A stretch of 64,000 nucleotides of DNA from Roseovarius sp. (GCA_036568405.1 DATCSR010000001.1:34684-98683); one strand, 5' to 3'; positions 9,023 through 19,200 are shown, counted from the first letter of the stretch. The notes: a model not told the origin generated them from the letters alone. Made by a program: numbers and translations.

Positions 9023-9892
9023 ATGCGTTTGGTTTTCGGATTGGTCCTTGTACTTGGGCTTGGCCTAGCTGGCTTTGCCGTCTACATGGCCAAGACCTAC
9101 ATCCAAGGCTATCAGACCGCGCTGGAGCAGGAACGCGGCGCACGCGCGCCCGCCTTCGAGATTGCGCAGGTCTATATCGCGGCCCGCCCGCTGGCCTACG
9201 GTGAACGGCTGACCCCAAAAGATGTAAGGCTGGTGGCATATCCCGCCGCCTCCCTGCCCCCCGGTGTTTTTCATGCCGAGGCCGAACTGTTCCCCCGAGG
9301 CGTAGAACTGCTGCGCACGGTCACGCGCGCCATGGAGCAAAATGAAACCGTTATGGCCACCAAGGTCACGGAACCGGGCGAGAATGCCGGCATCACCACG
9401 CAGCTTGCCCGCGGCATGCGGGCCTTTACCATCCAGGTCGACAGCGTTTCGGGTGTGTCCGGCTTCTTGCGGCCCGGCGACCGGGTCGATGTCTACTGGA
9501 CCGGCAACATCGGCAATGGAGGAATGCGCACCGAGGGCGACAGTACCGGCGATGTCACCAAACTGATTCAGGCAGGGATCAGGCTGATCGCCGTCGATCA
9601 GTCGGCAAATACCGATCGGACCGGAGCCAGCGTCGCGCGGACCGTCACCGTCGCCGCCCCGCCCGAACAGGTCGCGGCGCTGGCGCAGGCGCAATCGACC
9701 GGACGGCTGAACCTGTCTCTGGTCGGCGCACTGGATGACACGGTAACAAGCCAGATTGAAGTCGATCAGCGCCAGTTGCTGGGTCTTGCATCTGCCCCTG
9801 TCGCTGCCCCCGTCGAGCGCACGAAGGTCTGCACCATCCGCACCCGCCGCGGCGGCGAAGTGATCGAAACGCCGATCCCCTGCACCAACTAG
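9023..9892 (+). CDS. cpaB: Flp pilus assembly protein CpaB/RcpC
   Basis: N-terminal TM segment MRLVFGLVLVLGLGLAGFAVYMA followed by a SAF/RcpC-like body. It sits between the pilins and the secretin. ATG 9023 follows gaaagga. Confidence 0.85.
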   Translation: MRLVFGLVLVLGLGLAGFAVYMAKTYIQGYQTALEQERGARAPAFEIAQVYIAARPLAYGERLTPKDVRLVAYPAASLPPGVFHAEAELFPRGVELLRTVTRAMEQNETVMATKVTEPGENAGITTQLARGMRAFTIQVDSVSGVSGFLRPGDRVDVYWTGNIGNGGMRTEGDSTGDVTKLIQAGIRLIAVDQSANTDRTGASVARTVTVAAPPEQVAALAQAQSTGRLNLSLVGALDDTVTSQIEVDQRQLLGLASAPVAAPVERTKVCTIRTRRGGEVIETPIPCTN

Positions 9893-10112
9893 CGTACCCT
9901 GCCCGGCAGGTAAGCGCCGGAAATCAAAAGATACAATTGCCGCCCAGACACGGTGGCGCGCCGTCTCATTCCTGCAACTGTTTCCGCATAAATCGACAAA
10001 ACGCACGCTAAGTGTCATTGATTCTTGAAAAATATTTGAAACTGGCGCAGGGTCTATTCAATCACGGGCACCAAGACCCGTTAAAATGAGGCGTGATCGG
10101 AAGGCAGGTCAC

Positions 10113-11534
10113 ATGAAATATTGCAAAGTTATTACGGTCGCCCTGATGGGGTTGACCGGGGCAATGGCCACTGCGCCGGTGCCTGTCCACTCTGAAACAC
10201 TGCAAATCGTCCGCAGGGGCGCCGCGCGTGATCTGGCCGTTGCGATGAACCGCGCCGTCGTGGTTGAAAGCGACGTGCCCTTCGCCGAGCTGAGCATCGC
10301 CAACCCGGCGATTGCCGATTTCTCGACGTTGTCGGATCGGACAATCTATGTGCTGGGCAAGTCGCCGGGGCGCACTACGCTGACGCTGCTGGACGAAAAC
10401 GGGCGACTCATCACCAATGTCGAAGTGACGGTCAGTGCCGATGTTTCGGAGTTCAAGGAACGTCTGCGCCAGATCCTGCCAAACGAGCAGATCGAGGTGC
10501 GCACCGCGAATGACGGCATCGTCATGTCCGGCACCGTTTCCAGCACGCCGCGCATGCAGCGCGCGCTGGACCTGGCCGAACGCTACGCTCCCGAGCGGGT
10601 ATCCAACCTGATGAGCGTTTCGGGCAAGCAGCAGGTCATGCTGAAAGTTCGCTTTGCCGAAATGCAGCGCAACGTTGCCAAAAGCCTGTCGACGTCGCTG
10701 GCAATCGACGGGCTGTCGGCGGGCGGTCTAGGCGGAGGCGTTGCGACCAACAATATCGGCGCTTCCAACGTCGCTCCAAGCGGCATCGCGCCCGGCCTGT
10801 CCAGTCTGGGCCAATCGAACAACGGCGCCGCCTTCTTTGGCTTCAACGCCGGATCGGCGCAGATCGGTATTCTACTTCAGGCGCTTGAAACAAAAGGCGT
10901 CGTCCGCACCTTGGCCGAACCGAATCTAACCGCGCTTTCGGGGCAGGAAGCCAAGTTTCTGGCCGGCGGGGAATACCCTATCCCCGTTAGTACCGATGAC
11001 GGTGTGGCCATTGAATTCAAGCCCTTCGGCGTCGAGTTGAACTTTGTCCCTCGGGTACTTGATGATGACATCATCAATCTGGAAATGGCTGCGGCCGTGT
11101 CGTCGCTGGACCCCAGCGCCAGTATTCAGGCGGGCGGGTTCAACATCAGCGGGTTCAAGCGGCGTGATACTTCGACCACTGTGGCGCTGCGCGACGGTGA
11201 AAGCTTTGCCATCGCCGGGCTGCTTCAGGACGATTTCCGCGACACCAACGGGCAAGTTCCATGGTTGGGCGACGTGCCGATCCTCGGCGCGCTGTTCCGC
11301 AGCGCCGACTACCAGCGCTCGCAGACCGAGCTGGTGATCATCGTCACCGCCCATCTGGTCACGCCAACGCGCGGCGAGGCACTGGCCCTGCCGACCGACC
11401 GGGTCAGACTGCCCTCCGAGGCCGATCTGTTCCTGAACGGCGTGGTGGCGCGTGACATCATGCCGAAAACCGGCGGTGCCGGCGAAGTCGCACGGCAGGA
11501 TTTCAGTGGCTCTTACGGCTATGTGATGGACTGA
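10113..11534 (+). CDS. cpaC: Tad secretin CpaC/RcpA
   Basis: Signal peptide. Secretin C-domain ...TKGVVRTLAEPNLTALSGQEAKFLAGGEYPIPV...VIIVTAHLV. An alternative start is at 10086. Confidence 0.9.
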   Translation: MKYCKVITVALMGLTGAMATAPVPVHSETLQIVRRGAARDLAVAMNRAVVVESDVPFAELSIANPAIADFSTLSDRTIYVLGKSPGRTTLTLLDENGRLITNVEVTVSADVSEFKERLRQILPNEQIEVRTANDGIVMSGTVSSTPRMQRALDLAERYAPERVSNLMSVSGKQQVMLKVRFAEMQRNVAKSLSTSLAIDGLSAGGLGGGVATNNIGASNVAPSGIAPGLSSLGQSNNGAAFFGFNAGSAQIGILLQALETKGVVRTLAEPNLTALSGQEAKFLAGGEYPIPVSTDDGVAIEFKPFGVELNFVPRVLDDDIINLEMAAAVSSLDPSASIQAGGFNISGFKRRDTSTTVALRDGESFAIAGLLQDDFRDTNGQVPWLGDVPILGALFRSADYQRSQTELVIIVTAHLVTPTRGEALALPTDRVRLPSEADLFLNGVVARDIMPKTGGAGEVARQDFSGSYGYVMD

Positions 11535-11551
11535 TGCAGGGAGCGGTGCAC

Positions 11552-12205
11552 ATGAAAAGAACTCTTTTTTTGCTGCCGGTCCTGGCGCTCGCTGCTTGCG
11601 CCAGTCCGCAGGACGGGGTCTATCAGCACCACTCCGCTGAGGTCGGATCGATTGTCGATGGCGGCAACTTCGGCGGCGCCACCATGAACAACACGCAAGT
11701 GATGACCGGCGAGCGCGGCTATGTTTTTGACCTGTCGAACCGCTTTGCCAACGAGGTGCCGACGACGGTTAACTTTGCGTTCAACTCGGACGTTCTGGAC
11801 GGCGCGGCCCGCGATATCCTTCGCGTACAGGCCGCGTGGATCCGGCAGTTTCCCGAGGTGCGGTTCCGGGTATACGGCCATACCGACGCTGTCGGGTCAT
11901 CGTCATACAACAAGAATCTCGGCCTGCGCCGCGCCCGCGCCGTGGTGGCATTTTTGTCCACGCAGGGCATCAGCCGCAGCCGACTGGAGGCCGTCGTCTC
12001 CTTTGGTGAGACGCAGCCGCTAATCGTGACCCAAGGGCGCGAGCGGCGCAACCGGCGCACCGTGACAGAGGTTTCGGGCTTTGTGCGTTCCCACCCCATC
12101 ATCATGGATGGAAAATACGCGCAGGTCGTCTATCGCGGCACAATCGCGAGCGCCGCGCCTGCATCAACGATTTCGATGGCTGGCGGTGCCGGCGCCTCGG
12201 AATAA
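11552..12205 (+). CDS. OmpA-family peptidoglycan-binding lipoprotein (in the CpaD position)
   Basis: Lipobox LALAAC|A. OmpA-C motif FRVYGHTDAVGSSSYNKNLGLRRARAVVAFL...NRRT. Confidence 0.85.
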   Translation: MKRTLFLLPVLALAACASPQDGVYQHHSAEVGSIVDGGNFGGATMNNTQVMTGERGYVFDLSNRFANEVPTTVNFAFNSDVLDGAARDILRVQAAWIRQFPEVRFRVYGHTDAVGSSSYNKNLGLRRARAVVAFLSTQGISRSRLEAVVSFGETQPLIVTQGRERRNRRTVTEVSGFVRSHPIIMDGKYAQVVYRGTIASAAPASTISMAGGAGASE

Positions 12206-12258
12206 CGCGCTCCGGCGCATAGGTTTCTCCCTGCCCGGCTTGCCGGGACACCTTCAAG

Positions 12259-12288
12259 GCCCGCCGCACCGTCGGCGGGTTCTTTCTG
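12259..12288 (+). terminator. Candidate intrinsic terminator inside the tad locus
   Basis: cccgccg-caccgt-cggcggg followed by ttctttct, about 55 nt after the OmpA-like gene. Confidence 0.5.
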
Positions 12289-12437
12289 GCCCCGGTCAAC
12301 GCCCCAGCCAGAAATGATCGGCCAATACCGCACAATTACGGTAATCCGGCCCCATTGTTGCCCAGATTTTCCGCGACCTTGCCATGAGCAAAAACCGATC
12401 CGCGTCCAATCATGCGGTTCGTGATTCGAGAACTCGT

Positions 12438-12487
12438 TTCTGCCTGTGCGCAGACCGCCCGGATTCAGGAGGCGCTCACAGGCAGAA
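12438..12487. repeat. 11-bp perfect inverted repeat (ttctgcctgtg ... cacaggcagaa) with a 28-nt spacer, 24 nt upstream of cpaE
   Basis: Read directly. Confidence 0.7.
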
Positions 12488-12510
12488 CGCAAAGATAGGA
12501 CGATAACGCC

Positions 12511-13740
12511 ATGAGCAGTGCGATGAACCAACCGGATCCAAGCCCGCTTGTCGCTTGCACGATCAGCCGTGATGTCACCAACTTCGATCTTCTGATCGAG
12601 GACATGGAGGCAGCCGTCGGAGAATCATGGGGCGACCTGGGATTTCCCGAAGCGCTGGCCTTCATGGGACAACTCGACGCGGAGACGCTGGAATTTGTCG
12701 CCATTGCCATCGACGCCGAGGACGAGGACCGGCTGGCGATCATCGGCGAGATCATCGAACTGGCCGGCCGGCTCAGGATCAAGGTGATCCTGATCGCCGA
12801 CGATGTCAGCCCCTCGGCATTGCACGCGCTGCTGCGTCAGGGCGCCGACGAATTTGTCCCCTACCCGCTTCCCGAGGGCGAGCTTCAGGCCGCGATCGAC
12901 CGGTTGCGTCAGCCCTCCGTGAGCGCCACCGCCGCTGATGACATCGCTCCCAATGCCGCCGGTCAGGAGGGCGTGCTGCTGGCCGTTCATGGCATGGCGG
13001 GCGGGACCGGCGCCACGACGCTTGCCGTGAACCTCGCCTGGGAACTCGCCACGATCAGCAAGGACAAGGCGCCGCGCGTGTGCATCATTGATATGGGTCT
13101 GCAGTTCGGCTCGGTCGCGACCTGCCTCGATCTGCCCCGCCGCGAGCCGGTGTTCGAAATGTGGTCGGACACCGAAACGATGGACGAGGATATCTTCAAG
13201 CAGGCGCTCATCAGCTACGCGGACCGCCTGTGGGTGTTGTCCGCCCCGCCGGAAATGCTGCCGCTGGACATGATCACCTCGGAAGACGTGAACAAGGTGC
13301 TGGACCTGGCCCGCCGCCATTTCGACTATGTCATCGTCGACATGCCGACCACGCTGGTGCAATGGACCGAAGCCGTTCTGAACGCCGCGCAGGTCTATTT
13401 CATGACGCTGGAGATGGACATGCGCTCGGCCCAGAATACGCTGCGCCTGAAACGTGCGCTCAAGGCCGAGGATCTACCGATCGAGCGGTTGAGGTTCTGC
13501 ATGAACCGTGCGCCCAAATTCACTGATCTTAATGGGAAAAGCCGGGTCAAGCGCATGGCTGAAAGTTTGGAGATCGGGATCGAGTTGCAATTGCCCGATG
13601 GCGGCAAGGCCGTCAGTCAGGGCGCGGATCACGGCTTGCCGCTCGCGAATTCCGCCCCCAAGAATCCGCTCCGCAAGGAGATTGCAAAGCTCGCAGCATC
13701 GCTCCATGCGCTAGGCAAAAGCGACGTCGAGGCCGCGTAA
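12511..13740 (+). CDS. cpaE: Pilus assembly protein CpaE/TadZ (pseudo-receiver + MinD/ParA-like domain)
   Basis: N-terminal receiver-like fold (...IKVILIADDVSPSALHALLRQGADEFVPYPL...) followed by a P-loop-like region LAVHGMAGGTGATTLAVNLAWELA. The position before cpaF fits. Confidence 0.8.
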   Translation: MSSAMNQPDPSPLVACTISRDVTNFDLLIEDMEAAVGESWGDLGFPEALAFMGQLDAETLEFVAIAIDAEDEDRLAIIGEIIELAGRLRIKVILIADDVSPSALHALLRQGADEFVPYPLPEGELQAAIDRLRQPSVSATAADDIAPNAAGQEGVLLAVHGMAGGTGATTLAVNLAWELATISKDKAPRVCIIDMGLQFGSVATCLDLPRREPVFEMWSDTETMDEDIFKQALISYADRLWVLSAPPEMLPLDMITSEDVNKVLDLARRHFDYVIVDMPTTLVQWTEAVLNAAQVYFMTLEMDMRSAQNTLRLKRALKAEDLPIERLRFCMNRAPKFTDLNGKSRVKRMAESLEIGIELQLPDGGKAVSQGADHGLPLANSAPKNPLRKEIAKLAASLHALGKSDVEAA

Positions 13741-13767
13741 TAAGGACCCGAGAAAGGTATCCGCCAG

Positions 13768-15222
13768 ATGTTCTCCCGATACAAGAAGCCAAATCCAGGC
13801 CAGTCCCGGCCGGTCGCCGCGACGCCTGAAAAGACGGCCAAGACCGCCGCTTCGATTGTCCCAGCACCCGCACCCAAACCGGCAAGCCTGCGGCGACCGA
13901 CCGCACCCGCCAAACCCGATGCCGGCCCGCAGGACAAGGAGCGCAAGCGCAAGGAACGCCTGGGCGAGATCAAGGTGGACCTGCACCGCGCGCTTCTGGA
14001 CAACCTGAACCTGGGCGCTCTGGATACCGCCACCGAACAGGATCTTCGCGCTGAAATCGGCACCATCGCCGCCGAGGTTCTGGAAGAACGCAGCATCGTT
14101 CTGAACCGCGAGGATCGCACGACGCTTACGCAGGAGCTCTATGACGAGGTGCGCGGCCTTGGCCCGCTGGAGACGCTGCTGAAGGATGACACCGTCAACG
14201 ACATCCTCGTGAACGGTCCACACCAGATATTCATCGAACGGGACGGCATTCTGGAATTGAGCGACGTCACCTTCAAGGACGAACGCCACCTCTTGCGCAT
14301 CATCGACAAGATCGTGTCGGCGGTTGGCCGCCGCGTGGACGAGTCAAATCCCTATGTCGACGCCCGCCTTGCCGATGGATCGCGCTTCAACGCGATGGTA
14401 CCACCGGTCGCGGTGGACGGCAGCCTTGTTTCCATCCGGAAGTTCAAAAAAGACAAGCTTGGCATCGACGATCTGGTGAATTTTGGCGCTTTCAGCGAGG
14501 AAATGGCAGCATATCTGCAAGCCGCCGTGGCCTGCCGCCTGAACATCATCGTCTCGGGCGGCACCGGTTCGGGCAAAACCACCACGCTGAACGCGCTGTC
14601 ATCCTTCATCGACAACGCCGAACGCATCCTGACAATCGAGGACACCGCCGAACTTCAGCTGCAACAGGTACATGTCGGCCGAATGGAGTCGCGCCCGCCC
14701 AACGTCGAGGGCAAGGGAGAGGTCAGCCCCCGCGACTGCCTCAAGAACGCGCTGCGGATGCGCCCCGACCGCATCATCGTCGGCGAGACACGAGGCGAGG
14801 AAGTCATCGACATGCTTCAGGCGATGAACACCGGCCACGACGGCTCGATGACCACGATCCACGCCAACAACCCGCGCGACGCGATCAGCCGCCTTGAGAA
14901 CATGGTGGCGATGGCGGGCATCGAAATGCCGCTGAAAGCGGTGCGCAGCCAGATCGCCTCCGCGGTCCATCTGCTCGTGCAGGCCAGCCGCCTTCAGGAC
15001 GGTAGCCGGCGCATGACCTCGATCACCGAAGTCACCGGCATGGAGGGCGAAGTGATTTCCATGCAGGAGATTTTCCGCTTCCAGCGTGTCGGCCTGACGC
15101 CCGAAAACAAGATCCTCGGCCATTTCACCGCGACCGGCGTGCGCTCGAACTTTTCCGAGCGGTTCCGCCTGTGGGGTTATGATCTGCCCGCCTCGATTTA
15201 TGAACCTGTGACACCGGAGTAG
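13768..15222 (+). CDS. cpaF: Tad pilus secretion ATPase CpaF/TadA
   Basis: Walker [17 protein letters not shown], the [10 protein letters not shown] box, and His box [13 protein letters not shown]. Confidence 0.95.
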   Translation: MFSRYKKPNPGQSRPVAATPEKTAKTAASIVPAPAPKPASLRRPTAPAKPDAGPQDKERKRKERLGEIKVDLHRALLDNLNLGALDTATEQDLRAEIGTIAAEVLEERSIVLNREDRTTLTQELYDEVRGLGPLETLLKDDTVNDILVNGPHQIFIERDGILELSDVTFKDERHLLRIIDKIVSAVGRRVDESNPYVDARLADGSRFNAMVPPVAVDGSLVSIRKFKKDKLGIDDLVNFGAFSEEMAAYLQAAVACRLNIIVSGGTGSGKTTTLNALSSFIDNAERILTIEDTAELQLQQVHVGRMESRPPNVEGKGEVSPRDCLKNALRMRPDRIIVGETRGEEVIDMLQAMNTGHDGSMTTIHANNPRDAISRLENMVAMAGIEMPLKAVRSQIASAVHLLVQASRLQDGSRRMTSITEVTGMEGEVISMQEIFRFQRVGLTPENKILGHFTATGVRSNFSERFRLWGYDLPASIYEPVTPE

Positions 15223-15227
15223 CCCAG

Positions 15228-16196
15228 ATGACCCTCAGTCCAGAACCGATCATTTACGGCCTCATCTTCTTCGGCGTGCTTGTGCTGGTCGAGGGCATTT
15301 ACCTGACCGTCTTTGGCAAATCCATCAGCCTCAATAGCCGGGTGAATCGCCGGTTGGAGATGCTGGAAAAAGGTGGCCGCCGCGAGGAGGTCATGGAAAA
15401 GCTGCGCAAGGAAATGGAGCAGCATCTGCGCTCGCGCCGCTTCCCACTGTATTCCGTGCTGGCCTCCAAGGCGCAAAAGGCCGCTATCGCGTTTTCGCCC
15501 AAGCAACTGATGATGCTGATGGTTCTGCTGGCCTTCGTCGCCTTCCTCGGCCTGTCCATCGCCACGTCCACATCCCTGCCTGTCCGCATCGCTGTCGCCA
15601 TTGCGATGGGTGTTGGCGGTATCTTCACGTGGATTTCAATGAAAGCAAAAAAGCGGATGGCCCTGCTGGAAGAACAACTGCCGGACGCGATCGAACTGAT
15701 GGTCCGCTCGCTCAGGGTGGGGCATCCATTCTCATCCGCCGTATCCATCGTCGCAACCGAGGTGGGCGACCCGCTGGCGACCGAATTCGGCATCATCGCG
15801 GATGAGGCAGCCTATGGGCGTGACATGGGCGAGGCGCTGAAAGATCTGGCCGAGCGGCTGGACATGCAGGACGTGCGCTTTCTTGCCGTTGCCGTCACGA
15901 TCCAGCAGCAATCCGGCGGCAATCTGGCCGAGATCCTCGCGGGCCTCGCCAAGGTCATCCGCGCACGGTTCCGCCTTTTCCGGCGGGTCAAGGCAATCAC
16001 CGCGGAGGCGCAATGGTCAGGCAAGTTCCTGTCCGGTTTCCCCCTTCTGGCGTTGGTCGGCATTCAGATCCTGGATCCGAATTACTACGACAAGGTCATG
16101 GACCATCCCTTCTTTATCCCGGCGGCCCTCGTTGTCGGGGCGTTTCTCGTCGTCAATCTGATCGTCATGCGCGCGCTGGTGAATATCAAAGTCTGA
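15228..16196 (+). CDS. tadB: Tad platform protein TadB (T2SS-F domain)
   Basis: Polytopic membrane protein with a T2SSF-like cytoplasmic domain (LPDAIELMVRSLRVGHPFSSAV...). Position after cpaF fits. Confidence 0.85.
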   Translation: MTLSPEPIIYGLIFFGVLVLVEGIYLTVFGKSISLNSRVNRRLEMLEKGGRREEVMEKLRKEMEQHLRSRRFPLYSVLASKAQKAAIAFSPKQLMMLMVLLAFVAFLGLSIATSTSLPVRIAVAIAMGVGGIFTWISMKAKKRMALLEEQLPDAIELMVRSLRVGHPFSSAVSIVATEVGDPLATEFGIIADEAAYGRDMGEALKDLAERLDMQDVRFLAVAVTIQQQSGGNLAEILAGLAKVIRARFRLFRRVKAITAEAQWSGKFLSGFPLLALVGIQILDPNYYDKVMDHPFFIPAALVVGAFLVVNLIVMRALVNIKV

Positions 16197-16209
16197 AAAG
16201 GACACTCCG

Positions 16210-17187
16210 ATGGCTTTTCTGAACGACATCCTGACAGGCGCGCTTGGCCCCTTTGGCCCGATCATCGCGGTCGGGACGCTGGGTGTCCTGTTGATCGCGC
16301 TGACGATCGTGCTGATGCTGAACCGCCCCGAGGACCCGCTGGACAAGCTCAAGCGCACCGAGGCAGAGGCCAAGGAAGGCGCACGGGGGGCCCAGCAGCA
16401 ACGCCTGCGCGCCGGTACGAAAAACGACAAACTGGACAAATACGCCGGGTTTCTGGAGCCGCAGGATGAAAAACAGCTGACCGAGATCCGCAAGAAGCTG
16501 ATGCAGGCCGGCTATCGCGACCGCGACGCTGTGCGTTATTTCCACTTTGCGCAGTTCGCGCTGGGGATTGGCGGCCTGATTCTGGGCGTGATCTACTACA
16601 TGGTTTTCAAATCCGGCGGCGAGACCAGCACGACCCAGATCGTGATGTATATCCTTGGCCCTGGCGGCATTGGCTATATCGCCCCGAAATACTGGGTGAC
16701 AAAACGCCAGCAGCAGCGGCAGGAGGAAATCACCGACGGCTTTCCCGACAGTCTGGACATGATGCTGGTCTGCGTCGAGGCCGGGCAATCGCTGGATCAG
16801 GCGATCATCCGCGTCAGCAACGAAATCCGGTCGTCCTTTGCCGCGCTGGCGGACGAATACCTGATGGTCAGCCAGCAGATCAAGGCCGGCCGTGACAAGG
16901 CGTCGGTGCTCAACGAAATGGCCGAGCGTTGCGGCGTGCAGGACATCTCGAGCTTTGTCACCGTTCTGGTGCAGTCGCAGACCTTCGGCACGTCCATCGC
17001 CGATGCCCTGCGCGTCTATGCCAGCGAAATGCGCGACAAACGCGTGATGCGGGCCGAAGAAAAGGCGAACAAGCTGCCGACAAAGATGACATTGGCCACG
17101 ATGATGCTTACAGTGCCGCCACTACTGATCATTCTGGTCGGCCCGTCGGTTCTGGGCATCATGGAGCTGACCGCGATGTCGCAATAA
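16210..17187 (+). CDS. tadC: Tad platform protein TadC (T2SS-F domain)
   Basis: FPDSLDMMLVCVEAGQSLDQAI... T2SSF domain with flanking TM segments. Confidence 0.85.
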   Translation: MAFLNDILTGALGPFGPIIAVGTLGVLLIALTIVLMLNRPEDPLDKLKRTEAEAKEGARGAQQQRLRAGTKNDKLDKYAGFLEPQDEKQLTEIRKKLMQAGYRDRDAVRYFHFAQFALGIGGLILGVIYYMVFKSGGETSTTQIVMYILGPGGIGYIAPKYWVTKRQQQRQEEITDGFPDSLDMMLVCVEAGQSLDQAIIRVSNEIRSSFAALADEYLMVSQQIKAGRDKASVLNEMAERCGVQDISSFVTVLVQSQTFGTSIADALRVYASEMRDKRVMRAEEKANKLPTKMTLATMMLTVPPLLIILVGPSVLGIMELTAMSQ

Positions 17188-17213
17188 GGCCTGCCCGCTT
17201 CCCATAGGATGCC

Positions 17214-17762
17214 ATGACGCGCATTTCAGCACTTTTGACGGCTTTTCTGGCCCTTGCGGCCTGCACCGGCGCAACCGCGCCCACCAGCCCCTACGCCCCC
17301 GGCGTTGCTGAAAACGGCACGGCTGTCGATGGCGCGACTGTCGGCCACCGCCTGATCCGCGCGGGCGAATATGAACTGGCGATCAAGGCGTTCTCGCGCG
17401 CCGCATTGGACCAGGGCATGACGTCCGAAGTTTATCTCGGTCTTGGCAGCGCCTATCTGGGCCTTGGCCGTGTCGGACAGGCCGAAACGCTGCTGCGCGA
17501 AGCCATCGAAAAGGATGAAAAATCCGCCGAAGCGTGGAATAATCTTGGCGTGACCCTGATGGAGCAGGGCGAGATTGCCGAGGCCGAACAAGTGTTTCGC
17601 CGGGCCTATGCGCTGGACAATGGCGAAAGTGACTCAATTCGCGACAATCTGCGCTTGGCACTCGCAAAACAGGAGGATTCAGTCTATGCTGAAGCCGAAG
17701 AGCAAGATTATAAATTGGTGCGACGCGGTAGCAGCGACTATCTGATCCGGTCCATTCCGTGA
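17214..17762 (+). CDS. TPR-repeat lipoprotein, TadD-like
   Basis: Lipobox LALAAC|T. TPR-like repeats (AEAWNNLGVTLMEQGEIAEAEQVFRRAYALD). Confidence 0.7.
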   Translation: MTRISALLTAFLALAACTGATAPTSPYAPGVAENGTAVDGATVGHRLIRAGEYELAIKAFSRAALDQGMTSEVYLGLGSAYLGLGRVGQAETLLREAIEKDEKSAEAWNNLGVTLMEQGEIAEAEQVFRRAYALDNGESDSIRDNLRLALAKQEDSVYAEAEEQDYKLVRRGSSDYLIRSIP

Positions 17763-17822
17763 CCGGATACCCCGCAAAGGGGCGCGTATCAAGACGAGGC
17801 AAGGCAGTAAAAGGACGCAAAA

Positions 17823-18677
17823 ATGCGCCACCCCATCCTATTTTCGCTGTGCGCGACCGGGATTCTGGCCCTCTCGGCCTGTGGAAAGCCCGACGATGAG
17901 GCCGACCGCAAGTTCGAGGCCGTCAACGTCGTGGATGAATCCAATCTCAACGACGTAATGCTGACCGCGGCAGACCCGAACGAATCCGTCGCCTACTTTC
18001 AACGCAGCGTCGGCGAAAAGCCGGACCGGATTGATCTGCGGCGCGGGCTGGCCAAAAGCCTGGTGCGCGCTGGCCGCGCGACCGAGGGGGTTGCCGCCTG
18101 GAAAAAAGTCGTCGCCCACAAGGACGCCACTGACGAGGACAGCGTCGACATGGCCGACGCGCTGATCCGCAGCAATGAATGGGACCGCGCCGAACAGACG
18201 CTGAATGCCGTGCCCCCCACCTACGAGACGTTCAAGCGTTACCGGCTGGAGGCAATGGTCGCCGACAGCAACAAGGACTGGAAGAAGGCAGACAGTTTCT
18301 ACGAGACGGCCGTGGGCATGACCACCCGCCCCGCCAACGTGATGAACAACTGGGGCTATTCCAAGCTGAGCCGCGGCGATTATGCCGATGCCGAGCGTTT
18401 GTTTGCAGACGCGGTCAGGCAGGATAACCGGCTGTTCACCGCCAAGAACAACCTCGTGCTGGCGCGCGGTGCGCAGGGCAATTACGCGCTGCCCGTCATG
18501 CCCGTCAGCCAGACTGAACGCGCGCAGCTGCTGTATACGCTGGGCCTGTCGGCGATAAAAAAGGGCGACGTAACCACGGGCAAAGGCCTGCTGCGCGACG
18601 CGATAGACACCCATCCGCAGCATTTCGAGGCCGCCGTGCGCAGCCTCGCCGCGCTGGAAAGCAACGTGGCCAACTAG
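17823..18677 (+). CDS. Second TPR-repeat lipoprotein
   Basis: Lipobox LALSAC|G. TPR-like helices (MNNWGYSKLSRGDYADAERLFADAVRQD...). Confidence 0.65.
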   Translation: MRHPILFSLCATGILALSACGKPDDEADRKFEAVNVVDESNLNDVMLTAADPNESVAYFQRSVGEKPDRIDLRRGLAKSLVRAGRATEGVAAWKKVVAHKDATDEDSVDMADALIRSNEWDRAEQTLNAVPPTYETFKRYRLEAMVADSNKDWKKADSFYETAVGMTTRPANVMNNWGYSKLSRGDYADAERLFADAVRQDNRLFTAKNNLVLARGAQGNYALPVMPVSQTERAQLLYTLGLSAIKKGDVTTGKGLLRDAIDTHPQHFEAAVRSLAALESNVAN

Positions 18678-18705
18678 GCCCCTTTTTTGACAGAGGGCGC
18701 GGCCC

Positions 18706-19200
18706 ATGCATATTTCAGCCACCGCCGCCATGTGGTTCGCGCCGCTTGTCCTGCCGGTCTGCGCGTGGGTCGCGTGGAGCGATCTGCGCTTCATGAAGAT
18801 CCCGAACAAGGCGGTGATGACGATGTTCATCATCTACCTGGGCGTTGGCCTGATCGTGCTACCGCTGGATATCTTTGCCTGGCGGCTGGTGCATTTGGTC
18901 GTGGTCCTGTCGGCCGGGATCGTGTTGAACGCGGTCGGTGTGGTCGGCGCCGGCGATGCCAAGTTCGCCGCCGCCGCCGCGCCCTTCATTGCTATCGGCG
19001 ATCTGCAACTGGTGCTGATGATCCTCGCCGGCATGATGATCGCGGGCTACGCGATTCACCGCATTGCCAAGCACACCGCCCTGCGCCGCCTTGCCCCCCA
19101 TTGGGAAAGCTGGACGCGTGAGGGAAAATACCCGATGGGCCTGTCACTGGGCGGCACCATGGCCGCCTATCTGATGCTGGGTGCAGCCTACGGAATCTGA
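18706..19200 (+). CDS. cpaA: A24-family prepilin peptidase CpaA/TadV
   Basis: Polytopic protein with two Asp motifs, WSDLRFMKIPN and GAGDAKFAAA. Confidence 0.8.
   Translation: MHISATAAMWFAPLVLPVCAWVAWSDLRFMKIPNKAVMTMFIIYLGVGLIVLPLDIFAWRLVHLVVVLSAGIVLNAVGVVGAGDAKFAAAAAPFIAIGDLQLVLMILAGMMIAGYAIHRIAKHTALRRLAPHWESWTREGKYPMGLSLGGTMAAYLMLGAAYGI

Noticed and set aside
10043-10058. tggcgc-agggt-ctatt upstream of cpaC considered as a sigma-54 (-24/-12) promoter
   Set aside because: The -24 GG element is plausible but the -12 TTGC element is absent. I have no support beyond a partial match.
12130-12531. 133-aa minus-strand ORF covering the tad internal spacer
   Set aside because: It has no RBS or start context, odd composition and no coding-like third-position bias. 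The region is better explained by hairpins and repeats.
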